DNA from: Paramecium tetraurelia
Lineage: Eukaryota
Direction of reading: 5' to 3'
DNA: 64,000 bases
NCBI GenBank assembly: GCA_000165425.1
Contig: CT868285.1
Coordinates: 1-64,000 of the forward strand
The position numbers and the translations under genes were made by a program. Below are positions 11,457-27,451 of the stretch, one piece after another. Numbering within the stretch: position 1 is the stretch's first letter; each line of letters opens with the position of its first letter. The notes under the pieces are model-generated. The model was not told the DNA's origin. It was given only the letters and a program-made list of their open reading frames with translations, and ran no database searches.

Positions 11457-14367
11457 ATGTCTGCATACGAAGACCCACTTTCCAGTCCAAATATGGCAAG
11501 CTCAATAGTTTTAATGAGTAAAAATTGATCTATTTTTGAAGATGATGATTTCTTAAATAACTTTAAAATGAAGCAATCTTAATTCACAATGCTGGACAAA
11601 GTAAAGTTATCCAGAGAGGTTAGTGAATAGAGTATCGTCTCCTAAGACTCATATGATTTCGAAGCCAAATAAGGATTTAAAACTAAGATATGGAAGGATC
11701 GAGCCTTAAATATTATAGTTCTTGTTGCTCGTTTTGTTACTTACTTATTGACTAATTCGGATAAATTTAAATTGCGATACTTAGATCATAGGTAATTTAA
11801 AGTTATTGGAGATAAGGCTTCTGATTTTAATTTTTATTTAACACATAAATTAATAAGAGGCAAGGCAAAATAAGGCTCATTGGTATTTTACTTTATTATC
11901 CAAAGGAATTGCTATCTACAAAAATTAAGTTATACCTAGGTTTTTTAAGAGTGTTTTCATCAATCATAAAACCAATCAGGCCTGATAATTCGCTTAAACT
12001 ATATTGGGATGTAGTAGTTTTTCTCATTTTATTAATAAATATCCTTTATATACCTCTTAAGATCTCATTTCAAATAAGCCTAGTTGATGGAGCAGATTTT
12101 TTTCTAGACACTCTACCCTAATATGTGTTCGTTTTCGAAATATTGCTTAATTTTAATGTTGCTTACTATTCAAGGGGAGTATTAGTGTTAAATAGAACAT
12201 AGATATTCAAACATTATTTGAAGGGAAAATTCGCACTTGATTTCATTGTTCTTATCCCGTTTATGATAGGGAGATCTAATGTACCCTATATTGAGTTCGT
12301 GTTGCTGTTTAGAGTATCCAGGGTATTCATCTTTAATATCTTTAAAGGTTATGTATATCTTCGAAAATATAGTTGAAACTACGAACCTTCGAGTAAATTT
12401 TGCATCAGTCATTGACATAATCTCATTAATGTCAACCTTCTTGTTTGCATCACACATTATAGCCTGCATTTGGCATTTCATAGCGATTTAAGAATCTTCA
12501 TTTGAGGAAAACACATGGATTCAAAGAGCCAATCTGGTTGAACACAATTGGCAAGCTAGATATATCACAAGTTTTTATTGGGCTTGTATAACTACATTGA
12601 CTATAGGCTATGGTGATATAATACCAGTAAATATTATCATAATTAGTGAAAAGGTCACTCAATATGAGAAAATATTTGTCATTTTCGTAACGCTTTTAAG
12701 TTCTATTATCTTTGGTTATACAATTTCGAGTATCGGTTCAATTTTTGCTTAAATGAGTGAAAACAAAAATTACCTCAGAGATAGAATGACATTGATAGAT
12801 TCTTTTCTTAAAAAAAGAGGCTTGAATAAAGATTTGTAAGTGAAAGTGAAGAAGTTTTTTGAATACTTTTTGAAATAAGAGAGGGATTAAGAATCGGAAT
12901 GTGAAAAGTTAATGATTCATTTATCAGGGACTTTAAATAGGGAAGTTAAGATTGATTTTTACAAAAACATCTTGTGCACTTCTAAATTAATTAGACAAAA
13001 CTTTTCTGCTCAATTTATAGAGAAGTTATGTATACTCGTGAAAGAATAATCTTTTGTTCCAGAAGAAATAATCTCGATAGAAGGGTAATTAAAAATTAAT
13101 GATTAGATAAAAGGTTGATAAAATTTACTTTATACTCAAAGGAGAGGTAGAAGCTTATATTAGTAACAATAAAACAATTAAATTCTATTCAAGAAGTTAA
13201 GCTATAGATGAAAAGTCATTCATTTCACAACATCCTGCTTTGTTTTCCACCAGAGCTATCAAATTCTCAAAGCTAGCTTATATTACATACGATGATTTAT
13301 TAGAATTATTAAAATACAACCAAGAAGACAGAGAGCATTTTTATTATGTTAAACATCAAATAGAATTCGGTGGAAGTGTTAAAATGGGAGGATGTGAATT
13401 GTGTCACCAAAATCATGATTTCATAAAGTGTCCTTTTGTATTCTATACACCAAATAGTTTAAGACTATTTAAGAAAAATGATCATGAGGATAAATAGCTA
13501 AGGAGATTCAGAGTGCGATCTAGAATAAATCAAAAAATTCATAATGTAATGTAAATTAATTGCTATAAATAGAACTCTCTAGCATAATTAAGAAATTTAT
13601 AATAGTTAGTCTTTAACTATTGCGCCTGTTAGGGTTTGTTAAACGAAATTGGACCAAATTCAGAATTTATTTTATCAAACAAATTCAATTTCTAATAAGA
13701 TTCAGCCTAAGAAGAAATAGATCCTAGCATGACAAATTCAGATAACGAATCCGAATATAAGCCTATAAAATCTCAAAATTATTTACAAATCAAGAGAGAT
13801 TCTAAAAGGAAGGTATCTGAAAATAAAGATTCTCAATCTATAAAATCTAAAAAAAAATATACTAGGATTTCTATCTAAAAGATATGTTAATAAAATAGAA
13901 ATTCTGCATTATACGAAAGAGAAAATTGTATTCAAGAAAGGAAACACAAATCTAGCACAAAGAGGGTTACTTTAATTTAAAATTAAATGAAACTTGAATA
14001 GAGTGAAAGATTGGATGATGACCCTTTATAAACCTAATTTTAATAAACAATTGCTTTAAGCTAATAATAACAAGCATAATAACAATTACCTTCACCATAA
14101 TTATAATAGAACTCAGCTAAATTGCTTGATGTAGATTAAGTATCATTTATTGAAATTGATATTGCACGACAGATGCTTAAAAAAGAATGCGATATAGATT
14201 TATAAAAAGAAATGGAATTTTATGACACAGGATTTAATTTTTAAGTAGTTGTTGGTAAATTGAAAAAAGTAAGTAAAAAGTTACCTTTAAAATTGAAAAG
14301 AAAAAAAATGAGAAAATCCTTCGCAAGGTCTTAATCAATAAGGCATATTAGCTAAACTAGGTCTTGA
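11457..14367 (+). CDS. Voltage-gated K+ channel with cyclic-nucleotide-binding domain (EAG/HCN-like)
   Basis: Transmembrane helices, pore TTLTIGYGDI near 12590-12620, C-linker and CNBD-like region, several short introns, TGA 14365-14367. Confidence 0.92.
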
Positions 14368-14539
14368 ATAATATCTTATTAAGTCTATATATAATTAAAT
14401 TATTCATAATAATTAATGCACTTTAATTCATTCTCTAAATATATAATGTTATCTAAGGCTAAATCATTAGTAAAGTAAGGTAATTAGTAAATTGTTAATT
14501 GGTTTTGTTATTTTTTCTTATTTTATTATTAAAATGTTT

Positions 14540-14811
14540 ACTCCAACAAAATTCTGACTATTGATGTTAAATATCCTATGGTTGCTAATTTTAAAAAGGA
14601 AACCATTATAGATGAAAATGTTTTGACAACATCATTCACATCTTTGCTGAAATTTGATAATAATATCTTAGGAGTAGTTTATTCTAATTAGGTAATTTAC
14701 CTCTTTTAATAAACCAATTAGCATTAATAATAACATAACCAGGCGAGGGTGATTTAGTTAGTGTTTAGAAGATAAGTTAAGCACTGAAAAGAGGATATCT
14801 TTGGTTGGAGT
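14540..14811 (+). ncRNA. Candidate structured non-coding RNA (family unassigned)
   Basis: Nested complementary segments, including ACTCCAAC/GTTGGAGT at the two ends, ATATCCT/AGGATAT and TGCTAATT/AATTAGCA. No convincing ATG-initiated CDS. Confidence 0.45.
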
Positions 14812-14857
14812 TTATATAATAAATTTCAGATAAGTATTAATTTAAATAATTTTTGTA

Positions 14858-16214
<1,357 letters not shown>

Positions 16215-16294
16215 TTATTAAAGTCAAAAATAAAACAAAATGGCATCATTTATATATTACTTATGTAATAAAATAGATAAAAATATTATTTTGT

Positions 16295-17181
16295 TCAAGT
16301 CCAATATCTTTAACTTGGTTCTCTTGGGAACTTCATTTCTTCTATACAGACGATCACATCATCATAGATGGAGTTATTGATAAATGGCAAATTCTACAAA
16401 GCTGGTCCTTGTCTCACTCTTGCATATTTATCATACACTGAACCATGGCAAATACAAACCCAACCCTATCATAATCATTTGCTTTATACATTGTAGGCAC
16501 CTAAATATGGGATTGGTATGCACCCTAAATGAGTGCATAAAGCACTGACAACCAATACCTTAGTATTACCACAATTGGTAAGGACAACCTCAGAGCTATG
16601 AAGCTAGAAATCTAAATTACCTAGGATCCAAAATAGTCTCTTTTGGTAAATTATCTTCATCCTTTATTTCTTATTAAGTTAATCTCCTAATAAATACTGG
16701 TGTACCATTCCAAACAATTTACATGACTTCTCCAGGAGGTAAATCTCCAATACTTTAAAACTTATGCTAAATTATTACTCCATTTCGAGATAAGTGTCTC
16801 TATCATATCTCTTCCATCCATCCAATCTTCCTATTATCCCCACTGCAAATAGTCTTGCAAAGGAGAGCAATCCACCATAATAGACGGCATTTAATGCATA
16901 TATTTATGTTCTTTTAATTTCAGTCTCGTGTTCGTTATGCACTCTATGATCAATTCGTCAAGCAATAATTACCTGTTTTCATCAAACCAATTATCCATTT
17001 GTACTTTGAAATCTAAATGATCACCAAAATTTCCTGGTCTAGCCGATGTTGTGAAGAATTGCGGTGCTTCAGATACTTAAACTCCTTTGTATAACTTTTA
17101 GTTGACTCTGCTATTGTATTCTGAAACTAGACCAAAATGAGCTTTGCCAATAAACGATCTTCTCAATGCTCCACTAATCAT
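16295..17181 (-). CDS. RIP1: Mitochondrial Rieske iron-sulfur protein (complex III)
   Basis: CTHLGCIP and CICHGSVYD Rieske motifs, GPALQNL, N-terminal presequence-like region, short introns. Confidence 0.95.
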
Positions 17182-17224
17182 TTTTAAATCTTTTTTATAA
17201 TTTATTTATAAATAGTTATTCTTC

Positions 17225-19012
17225 TCATATTTTCATTTCTTGTATTGATTATCTAATACTCATCAAGTTGCTTTTAGTAATTTGCTCTGGCGAGGCCTAT
17301 AGAATTCTACTTATCTAAGCCTTTTTAGTAAAAATTTAAATGTTGCTGTTGTTCTCTATAATCAACCTCAATAAACCGTAATAGAAAGTCAACTATTCCA
17401 ATACATAAACCATAGTCTCATCTTACAATTGGAGTTATTAAGAATCACTAGCTCCAGCTAATCTGCTATTACATTTATTGAATAAATCTCGTATGCATCT
17501 CTATAGTAATGTACTGAAGAGTAAATAAAATTCATAGCTTTCAGTTACAGACTTGAAGTTTTCGTATATTTTTTGAAAGCTTCGATCTCTGAGCACAGAT
17601 TGCTTAAGGGTTTGATTGTTTTCAATCATTTAATACTAAAATAACTATTGCATTTACTTATTTATCATGATATTCTTTAGAAATTTGATAGAGCTCGTGG
17701 ACTTAAGTTTAGTATTTTCCAACAGTCTCGATGTAGGTATCAAATTCATTTAATTGTAAGACATTCTTCTTTTTTTCAACTACTTCTCTCAACAATATAG
17801 TCTTAAAGAACATGTTTTTAATGATCAAGAATTTTAATTTGATTTGCAAATCTTAATTAAGAACTTACTATTTGTCGAGTATTCTTAGAATTCTGAACAT
17901 CAATTCAATAAATTGGAATTAAGCTTGTATGATTTCGTCATTCTAAGTCAAACATCTGACACTCTCTCTACTTTTTAAAGCAGATTAAGGCATAGCAGTT
18001 TAAGCAATGAAATTAATTTTGCGAGCATGATGATATTCTGTGGTTCTTTGAGGAGAGTAATTTTCTCTATTTTTAACAGATGGATTTCTATCTGCTATAG
18101 GGCGAGGTGCAGTCATAGTATGTCTACGATAGAAGATGGGATGGTGTTCTAGGTCACTGCAGGAGAACCTTAATGATTCATCAACTGATAGGCATTTTAA
18201 AATGAACTCTATTGTTTCTTTTGATACTGGGATATTTGGTGGAAATTATGGTTGAGTTTTTAACATCACTTAAGCCAAGTTTTTTTCACTCTGAGCTGAA
18301 AAGGGAACTTCGCCATACAGCATCTCATAGAATATGATTCCCAAACTCCAGATGTCAGTTTTTTCAGAATAAATATTTTTAATCATTGTTTATGGAGACA
18401 TGTACAAAGCTGTACCTACATTATAGTAGATTTTTTCAGGTGGTGCATTCATCATTTTTGAGAATCCATAATCTGCTATTTTAGGAATTCCATTTCGTAT
18501 GAGAATGTTTATTGGCTTCAAGTCTCTGTGAATTACTCCTTTAGTTACTTATTCCTTAAAGCCATTTACTATGTGCTTCATTATTTTGATTGCCTCTATT
18601 TCATCAATTCTCTATTTTCTTTTGATTAGTTGTCCCAGATTCCCTACAATGATCAAAGTATTTTATACCTTAATTACAATATTCAGTGATAATGTAGGTA
18701 CATTGGGGTTTGTGATAATAATCAAACATTTTTACTACATTATCTGAATTCATTAGTGACAAGGCTCGAATCTCTTAATTCAATAAGAACTCTTCAACTT
18801 CATTTGTAATTTTACTTCGATCAATTATCTGATGGTTCAAATAATAAATATACTTTTATCGCAACGGTCTCATTTGTATTCTCATTTTTGCCTTTGAACA
18901 CTTGACTGCTGAAACCTGATCCAATTTAATCATTCGCATTGTAACTATAATGTTCAACCTTCACTATTTTCCCGGATGAAAACGCACCTGCTGTAACTTA
19001 AGCGAATTTCAT
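17225..19012 (-). CDS. ULK-like Ser/Thr protein kinase
   Basis: IGSGFSSQVFKG, VAIK, HRDLKPINIL, DYG, VGTALYMSPQ, DIWSLG; long C-terminal extension. Confidence 0.88.
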
Positions 19013-19060
19013 GTCTAATATTATTTAATTAGTTTGTTATATCGATTAAAATTACACTTT

Positions 19061-20506
19061 ATGGACTACACTTAGAAAGATTCCTTCTTTGATGATTCTG
19101 AAGAAACCTCCTTCTGGACACAAACTCAGTTCCCTGCTTAAGAAATCAAAACTGAATTAATAGATAGCATGCTTATCCATAAGGAGAGGGAACTTGTGAA
19201 ACGTAAAGTTGGAATGATGTCTCATTACCTGTTATTGTTCAAGGAATAAGTAAGATTTAATGAGTAACTATATTTAGGAGGTCCATAAGTGGGTAAATCT
19301 GATAAATGCTACTATGGAGCTAATTAAAAATCCAGCTGCCGGCCAAGGAATCCGATTTCTTAAAAACAAATAACGTTTCGAAATGTATGGAGATGTCGAA
19401 CCTTGGTATAATTACCTCAAAAAGTATTGTATTTAGAGATGCTTCTCTCAAAGATACTCATTACTTAAGAAAATAGGCTAAGGAAATTTCGCTGAAGTAT
19501 TTCATTTTATCAATTTCAGGTGTTCAAGGCCGTTAGCAAGGCTGATGGATAAGAGTACGCAATCAAATGCTTCAGGAAATAGGATTTGAAAGAAGAAGTT
19601 GATAAATTATCAATTATTAAAGAAACTTCGATTATGAGGAAACTTCAACATGAATCGGTAATTAAAATGTATGAAGTGTTCGAAGGAGAGGAATACTTGT
19701 ACTTAGTATTAGAATATCTGAACGGAGGAGAGTTACATAAATTCATGAAGAAGTCTCCTCCTTTTTCTGAAGAAAAATGTTCGAAATTAATTTACAAATT
19801 ATTAAAAGCTTGTCTATTTATTCATGAATAAGGAATATTGCACAGAGACATTAAACCTGAAAATATTATGTTAAGAAAAAAAGATGATTTGGAAGATTTG
19901 TGTATATGTGATTTTGGATTGGCAGATTATTACAATCCAAATGGCAAGTATCTATTTACAAGATGTGGAACTCCAGGATATGTAGCCCCTGAATTATTAT
20001 AAGATAAGCTCTACGACTATAAAGTCGATGTATATAGTATCGGAATTCTGATGTTCATTCTTATTGCTGGCAAATCTCCTTTCGAAGGCAAGGATTATGA
20101 TGATGTAGTCATGAGAAATTATTATGCAAAAGTAAAATTCGAAGAGTGTAAATTAAGTGAGCACGGTATGAGTCTTCTACAAGGATTAATGAACAAGAAT
20201 CCCGTTAAAAGATTAAGCGCGTTAGAAGCTCTCAATCATTAATGGTTTGTATAAGAAAAATTAGCCAAAACATGTCAATTTAAAATTCGAAGACATAGCA
20301 ATATTAAGAGATTGCCTCATCTAAATGGTTCCCCTATTCCAACTACTAATTTCTTGAGCCCCAAAAATTCATTCAATAACCTGAGTCCTTAAAGTTTGAC
20401 TCGTACTGATGATAATACACCTAACTCTCCAATCACTCCTGTGACACCTCTCCAAAATAAAGGGAAACCAATTCGTAAATCCATTTTCAAATTGTAATAA
20501 CTATGA
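19061..20506 (+). CDS. CAMK-family Ser/Thr protein kinase
   Basis: [35 protein letters not shown]; two short introns. Confidence 0.93.
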
Positions 20507-20710
20507 GTATACAACCCATATTATATCAATATCTAAATTATTAATACGCTTTATAGTTTATATAAAATAATTATTATTTATGTGAATATTTCGAGAGACT
20601 AGATATAAGTTAAGAAAAGTTTTTTCATTTACATAAAACTATGTTGTTAACGATTATGCATAAATAATTTAAATAAATTTTTCTATAAGTTAACTAAGTT
20701 ACAATTGAAA

Positions 20711-21438
20711 ATGGTAAACTATGAGTTCTCTAATATCAACATAGATTCAAGAACCCTAAATTAATCCTCAACTTGCTCCTATTATAGCTAAGCAATTATA
20801 AATGATTATCAAATAACCTATTGATGGTATATTGACATCGTAATCATTTATTAGGTGTTCATATTATTTTTAATGAATAAGATGTTTTTGATATTCAAGC
20901 TGATATTGATGGTCCAGGTAAATTATATCTTTTAATTTAGTCGACACTCCATTCCAAGGTGGTGTATTTAGATGTAAATTGATCTTGCCACCTCAATTTC
21001 CCTAGATGGCTCCTAAAGGTAAACTAGCTATATATTAAAGGACTATTTAACACTAAAATCTTTCATCCAAACGTATCAGAAAAAGGAGAAATTTGCGTGA
21101 ATACATTAAAGAAAGATTGGAATCCACTCTAATGGTCACTAAAAAATATATTCGAAGTTATAAAATGCTTGTTAATTGTTCCTTTTCCTGAAAGTTCTTT
21201 AAATGAAGAAGCTGGAAAATTATTTATGGAAAATTATGATGAATATTTTAAAAGAGCAAAATTATTAACATCTATTTACGCATTAAAACAAGAAGCAAAT
21301 ATTTTAAAAGGAAATAATCAAGTAACTTACTAATTCTAATTTTAGATTGCATTTGATGATATAGATAAAAAAAATAAAGTAAATTAAATTTAATAAAAAA
21401 AAGAAAATGATTAAAAGAAATGGTTAAAAAGAATATGA
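20711..21438 (+). CDS. UBE2S: Ubiquitin-conjugating enzyme E2 S
   Basis: [44 protein letters not shown], basic C-terminal KKWLKRI*; five short introns. Confidence 0.92.
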
Positions 21439-22226
21439 ATACTTATCATTAATAAATAAATTATTAGTATATTTGTAATGTGACTTATATTCATATAATT
21501 ATTTAAGCAAATTTAAAGGAGATTTTGCCTCATTCAGTCCATAAATTATTTGTGCCAAAACACAGATAAGTCTTGGATATAATATTTGAACAAAATATGA
21601 AATAATCATATTGAAATTAATAAAAGTATAAATTTATATTTGAAATAAAGGAATTCAATGGATTGCATATTATTCTTTCTAAAGAGTGTTTTTTATTGTT
21701 TGTGGATAAATATAATTATTCAAATTCTGACGTTTATTAAATTTCATACTACTTGATTGGATTCAAGTGAGCGATGTCATTTTTAAGTAATTTAAGTTAA
21801 TTATTGTTCGCAGTATCTCTGAAAAGATGAAATTCTTAAATCAATTTTTAAATATTTCAGCAATAGAATGATTGAAAATACCAGCAGCAATAATAAGGAT
21901 AAGATAAATTTATAAAGAGTATGATGAATATTGTTATTGACCCTCAAGAATAATTATCCAAAATATTTAAGAAGAAAATGTATTATTTTAGAAAAAGTTA
22001 GTAGTTGAAAACAATTTAATTTAATTTAAAGAACAATTTTGATTTGAAGTAATTCAAGGGTTACAATTAATTGTAAGCATCGGAAAGTTGAAGTATAAAT
22101 TCATAATTACAAACAGATAAAAAATTAAGTTCATAAAAAGTATAAAATTAGAGAATTTTTCATAAAGTCAAATAATTATTGAGAGTCTAATGATAAAATT
22201 GAATTTGGTATTGAGTTATTAATTAA

Positions 22227-23555
22227 TCATTTATAATAATTTTTATAAAGAAACTTTGGGGAGAATTTATTAGGAATTGCCTATTATTTAGATTTACCTA
22301 ATTCAGGAGTTTTTGATTACATAGTTTTGACTCTATCTTTTTTGATTTAGGAGAATTCATTTATTAATTTATTAAGCATTGCTTAGTTTGTTTCTTGTTT
22401 CATAGACACTCTGTTTGGAGGCATTTACTTATTAACAAATTTTATGGCCTAAAGATTAGGACTTGCTATTTTTTCAGCAGGTTCAGTTTTTCTTTATTTT
22501 GAATTCGAGTTTTCCATCCAATCTTCGATAGATTGTTCAGTTATTTTAAAGTTTTATTTAGTTTTTTTTCCAGAGTTATCACTACAATGCGCATCTTTAC
22601 TATTAGGTTAACTATAAGGTCTTTTGTCTTTCTCTACACTTTTGCAGGTTTTTTATCCTGAACTTGACCTAGTGCTTTCATGATTTCTTGCGTCTGTTGG
22701 CTAATGCTTTTCATTCAAGACGCTTATATCTTTTAAAAAAGAATCGAAAGCAATCAATTCTACCCTCATAATGAAGATAGGGAATATTATTCTCTTAAAT
22801 CTCTTTAAGACATTATTAAAGTTTAAATAGTTTACTACTGTAGCCACCCATAATTTAATTAAATGGGAGAGTGCTCATCTATACTATTTGATCATAATGA
22901 TTTGTAATATCATTAATATATGTTACCAATTGATGTTCCACTTATTTAGCTTGTAATTTTAATTAATTTGTGAGTTATATTCCAGACCAAAGTGATTATG
23001 ATAAGGAAATAAGTAAATCTGATTTGCACTTTAAAAATAAGTAAAAAGAATTACCAATTGAAGTTATTTCTCAATGTTTCCAAATGTTCTAACAACTTTT
23101 GTATATTAGTCATTATAAAACTTTTTGAGATTTGCCTCAGTGCATAAGAAATGTGAATGTATATTCCCTATTTCACTTTTAGTTTGAAGCAATTAATCGA
23201 TAAAAGAGTCAGTTTATTTCTTCTTAGCATTATCTATTAGATATGAATCACATAAAAGTACCTTCTTCAATTAATTAAATTTTATGTCCTTATTAAGCAA
23301 ACACAATAGCACATTTTGTGCAAAGCTTTTCATTTGATCCTTCAGAATTAATTAAAATATATTTAGCCTAAAGTTACTAAATTTACTTACTTTTTTTTCA
23401 GGATGCTGTAAACAAAATGGTTGTTTGTAATTGTAATGAAGTTCAGAACCTTATTTAAATTTTTCACTAAAAAGATTTGTACTCTAATGAATAGGAGTAT
23501 CCATTGCATTCCAAATTTATAAAGATGAGAGATATATTTAATCTTCTCTTTTCAT
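22227..23555 (-). CDS. B-box-like zinc finger / coiled-coil protein with low-complexity tail
   Basis: FCLQHPEKK|AKYILINSEGSNEKLCTKCAIVFAQQGH; frame is open upstream to an ATG at 23783, so the start is uncertain. Confidence 0.7.
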
Positions 23556-23832
23556 TTGAATTTTAATTAATGATTGTTATTAGTAATTATTATAACAATA
23601 TTTAATTCTTGTAATTTTAAGATTGATTTCTAAAACTATATCATTATATAATTAAAAGGTATGTAACAATGATATAAATTCGTTCAAATTTGAATAATCT
23701 TCATATTTATAATTTGATGAAATAATTATTTTGTATTATAAAATATTAATATCAGAGATGGATTAGATTTATCCATCAACCATAATTAATTAATAAGAAA
23801 TGTATTATCAATTTAAATATGCATGAATTTCT

Positions 23833-26800
23833 TCATTATTAATTTACTATCTATCCTTCTTGCATATTAATGATGTAATTGCAATTAACAACTATTTTAG
23901 GCCTATGAGCTATGATTATTTTTGTAGCGGTTATACTACATAAAGCCTATTCAATAATTTCTTCGGTTTCATCGTCAATATTGGCAGTTGCTTCATCAAA
24001 TATCAATATTTTAGCATCATGGAGAAAAGCTCGGGCCAAAGCAAGTAATTATTATTAACCAACACTCAAATTGTAATCCATCGAATCCAATCCCCATTCT
24101 TTGATTACAGAATCTAACTTAACCTTACCTAAAGCATCCCATATCTATTCATCGTAGCAAGTTTTATGAGGATCTAAGTTAAATCTAATTGTCTAGTTAA
24201 ATAAATTGCTTGACTGTGGTATGACCATAACCGTGTTTCTTAATTAAGAAAGGTTGATTTGATTGATATTAATTCCATCAATATTAATAGTTCCACTTGT
24301 AACATCCACAGTTCTCAATAGTAAATTAATGATTGAAGATTTGCCAGCCCCTGTTCTTCCCATGATTCCAATACTTTAACCTTGTTCGATTTTAAAATTG
24401 ATATTTTAGAGAGCATATTTTGTGGATTTAGGATACCTTAAATACACATTATGGAATTCGACAACTCCATTAGTAGGCCATTAATTCATTTTTGATCCTG
24501 AATAATTTTCAGATGGTAATTATATTGTATTTTACACTCTCACACAATTCTACATGTCTATATCTAAGAAGATCTGTCCTCTCAAACTAAAACGCTAATA
24601 ATAAATAATACTTTAATGAAAACATATATCCTAACTGCATCAGCATTAGGACAGAAAAACCGATGACATCTTTGGAGTATTCGGATGAAAGTAAAATGGC
24701 TAAGACAGTGATGATTAATATGTGCAATGAGAATTCAATAATAAAGGCCAATAAAGCATTAAGTCTCAGAAAAGTGAACTAAGCCTACAAATTTGAATAA
24801 GTTTATTATAAAAACTCTGATTGTATTCTGAGTTATTGATTATAAACTCTTATTAAAATGGATCCATTGATAGAACTACGTAAGGATTAATTTAATTAAG
24901 CTCTGGATTGATCATCTAAATTAAGTGAATATTTCATTTTCTGATGGAACTTAGATTTCATATAAAGCATTAGGATCAGAAATGCTGTTGAGACTATGAT
25001 GATATAACTATTAAGACTAATAACCAAAATAACAAATATGTTATCGATAAGACCTTCAATTACCCAATGTAAATCTAACATAACCAATCCTTCAATGCTG
25101 TTGATGTCAGATGTGAATCTACTCATCAACTTTCCTATGTTTGTATAATTTTCTAGTCTCATTCTTACAATGGTTGATATTAATTTTCGATGCAAATTAT
25201 TAATAACAGTGATAGTAAACCCAAACATCTCATTAAACTTAGTAAAACTAACCAAAACATAAACAATCATCAGAAAAAAATTAATTAATAAATTGGATTC
25301 ACCAAATTATTTAATTATCAAAAGTGATAAAGAAGCATCAAACAAATATAGGAAGACAATTAGCATAGCTTTATTTTTCCCTCCTTCATCTATGTATTTT
25401 TAATAAACTGTTTTAGATACTTCTAATATTTCATCTTCTTCTTGAATTCCTTACTACTATTCTGGCTACTCTTAAACCTGTTACAATAATTAAATTTCGT
25501 TCGTATTTATTTCTTCTTAAATGAGCTATCCATCCTGCATTTTGTAAATCATATCACATTCAGCAATCCTAGAGGAAATCAAAATAACTATCTTTCCTTG
25601 ACTCTTTAGATATCTTAGGGTATTAAGGATCGTCATTTATACATTTGCATCAACAGCTGATAATATGTCATCGAGTAAATATATATCTGAATCTGAATAC
25701 AATGCTCTACTAAAACTCAATCTTGTTCTCTACCCTCCAGATAGTTTAGATCCATTTTCACCTACATTGAAATCTGGGTCAATATTATCACCTCTTAAAC
25801 CACTCTAAACAAGCACATTCAAATAATGTGTTTCATTATTTGGACAACCAAAAAGAATGTTCTCTCTCACAGTTCCTGAAAAGATATAAGGTCGTTGTTC
25901 AACATAAGCCACATGACCTTATATCTTTAATTAACCACTGAAAAATGGAATTTCATGTAATAATGCTTAGAGTAATGATGACTTACCACTTCCTACTGTC
26001 CCTCGTATAATAATAAATGTCCCTTTATCTAATTTCAAATTTATTTTATTTAATATTGGTTGATTTTACATTTCTTATAATTTTGTCCAATAAGCGCTGT
26101 AATTTATTATTTCTATCTGGCCCTAACGTTGTTCCTCCACCGTATCCAAAGATGCAGCTTCCTCCTCCTCTATTTACTGATATTTCTTTTATTTTTTAGT
26201 TGCTTGTCTTGTATTTAATAATTTCGGTTCTATTTCTGGAATACAAATAACATCGTTGATCCTCTATTATAGAACTCGTAAATTAATTATCAATTTGTAT
26301 GCTCTTTATCCATACGTAATGCACCACACCTTAAATAGTTGTAAGATCCAAATTGAACTAAAAATTTGATCAGGAGATGGGTAGTCACCAATGAGGATTT
26401 TTGAAGTGAACATCATCAAGAATAAACTGACAAACACATTGATATTACCATTAAAACAATATGCTAAGGCATCAATTTTTAGGATTTCCCTCATCTTATT
26501 ATCTTATTCTTATCTCTTTGCCAATAATTTGTCTCTGAAAATTGATTCTAATCCCAGCATCTTAATTTTGGGGAGGTTGTTTAAAATCTCTTCTGTCAAT
26601 TTTGTTCTATCATCTTGAATCTTGCTCTTTTCTGACTTCAATGGTCCTGTTTATGTTGTAATGTGCTTTTAAAATACCATCAAACTACATAATGTTATAA
26701 CACCGATTAATGACGAAATTCCAAAATATGAGAATAAGATGTAGATACCGACACAAAATATTATTGGGGCACCGCTAAATGCTAGCAACCAAGTTAAGTC

Positions 26801-27292
26801 AAGATCAGCAATATCCATTGTTATTATATTAAAAAATTACCCATCTTTTAACCTTGATGTTGATATTCTCTATAGTTTAGCCAATAACATCTATGCTAAA
26901 GAAGCTCTAATCTTAGCTGACATCTAATAAATGTTTTGAAAATAGTGCTATTCAAATATTACCTAACTTAATAATAGCACTCCTAAAAAGAAAGCATTCC
27001 ATGAATCCATACTATGTAAAGTAACTTTTAATAAATAAGACACGCTAATCTTGATTATCACTGTTATTTGAACTATTATACAGTAATATATAATTGGTCC
27101 CTTGAAAGTATTGAATACTTTTTTCCATAATTCGTCTCCCTCTGAATTTAATTCTGTCTTCAATCGGTCACTAAACCATGGAAACATTGATTCCTGAAGC
27201 AACGGTAATTGATCACCAAAAAGATATTTGAGAGGCTAAAGAAAAAAAATGATTTTATAAAGCGGGACCGGGATCGCAGGCAATGTATGCAT
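23833..27292 (-). CDS. ABC transporter, ABCC/MRP subfamily (TMD-NBD-TMD-NBD)
   Basis: Walker A GTVGSGKSS and GRTGAGKSS, signatures LSGGQ and LSVGQ, FDEATANID, IIAHR. Confidence 0.93.
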
Positions 27293-27451
27293 TTTTTTAA
27301 CAAATTTTATTTTAATTATTATGTATGAGTATTTCATCATGTAATTGATTAATTCAGATTTATATGACCTCCTATTTTTAATGGAAAGCATTAAATAATT
27401 TAGATATCATAAATAAAATACAAAAATAAAAGTACAATAAAATGAAATGTT

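Noticed and set aside
14571..14607. U17/snR30 m1/m2-like motifs (ATATCCTA, AAACCAT)
   Set aside because: m1 is imperfect, there is no proper stem between the motifs and no correctly placed ACA box.
14749..14797. SECIS-like hairpin (GTGA..GGAT) that might recode the K+ channel's TGA as Sec
   Set aside because: Helix and apical AA spacing fit poorly, it lies about 380 nt past the stop, and the TGA is more simply explained by a 24-nt intron.
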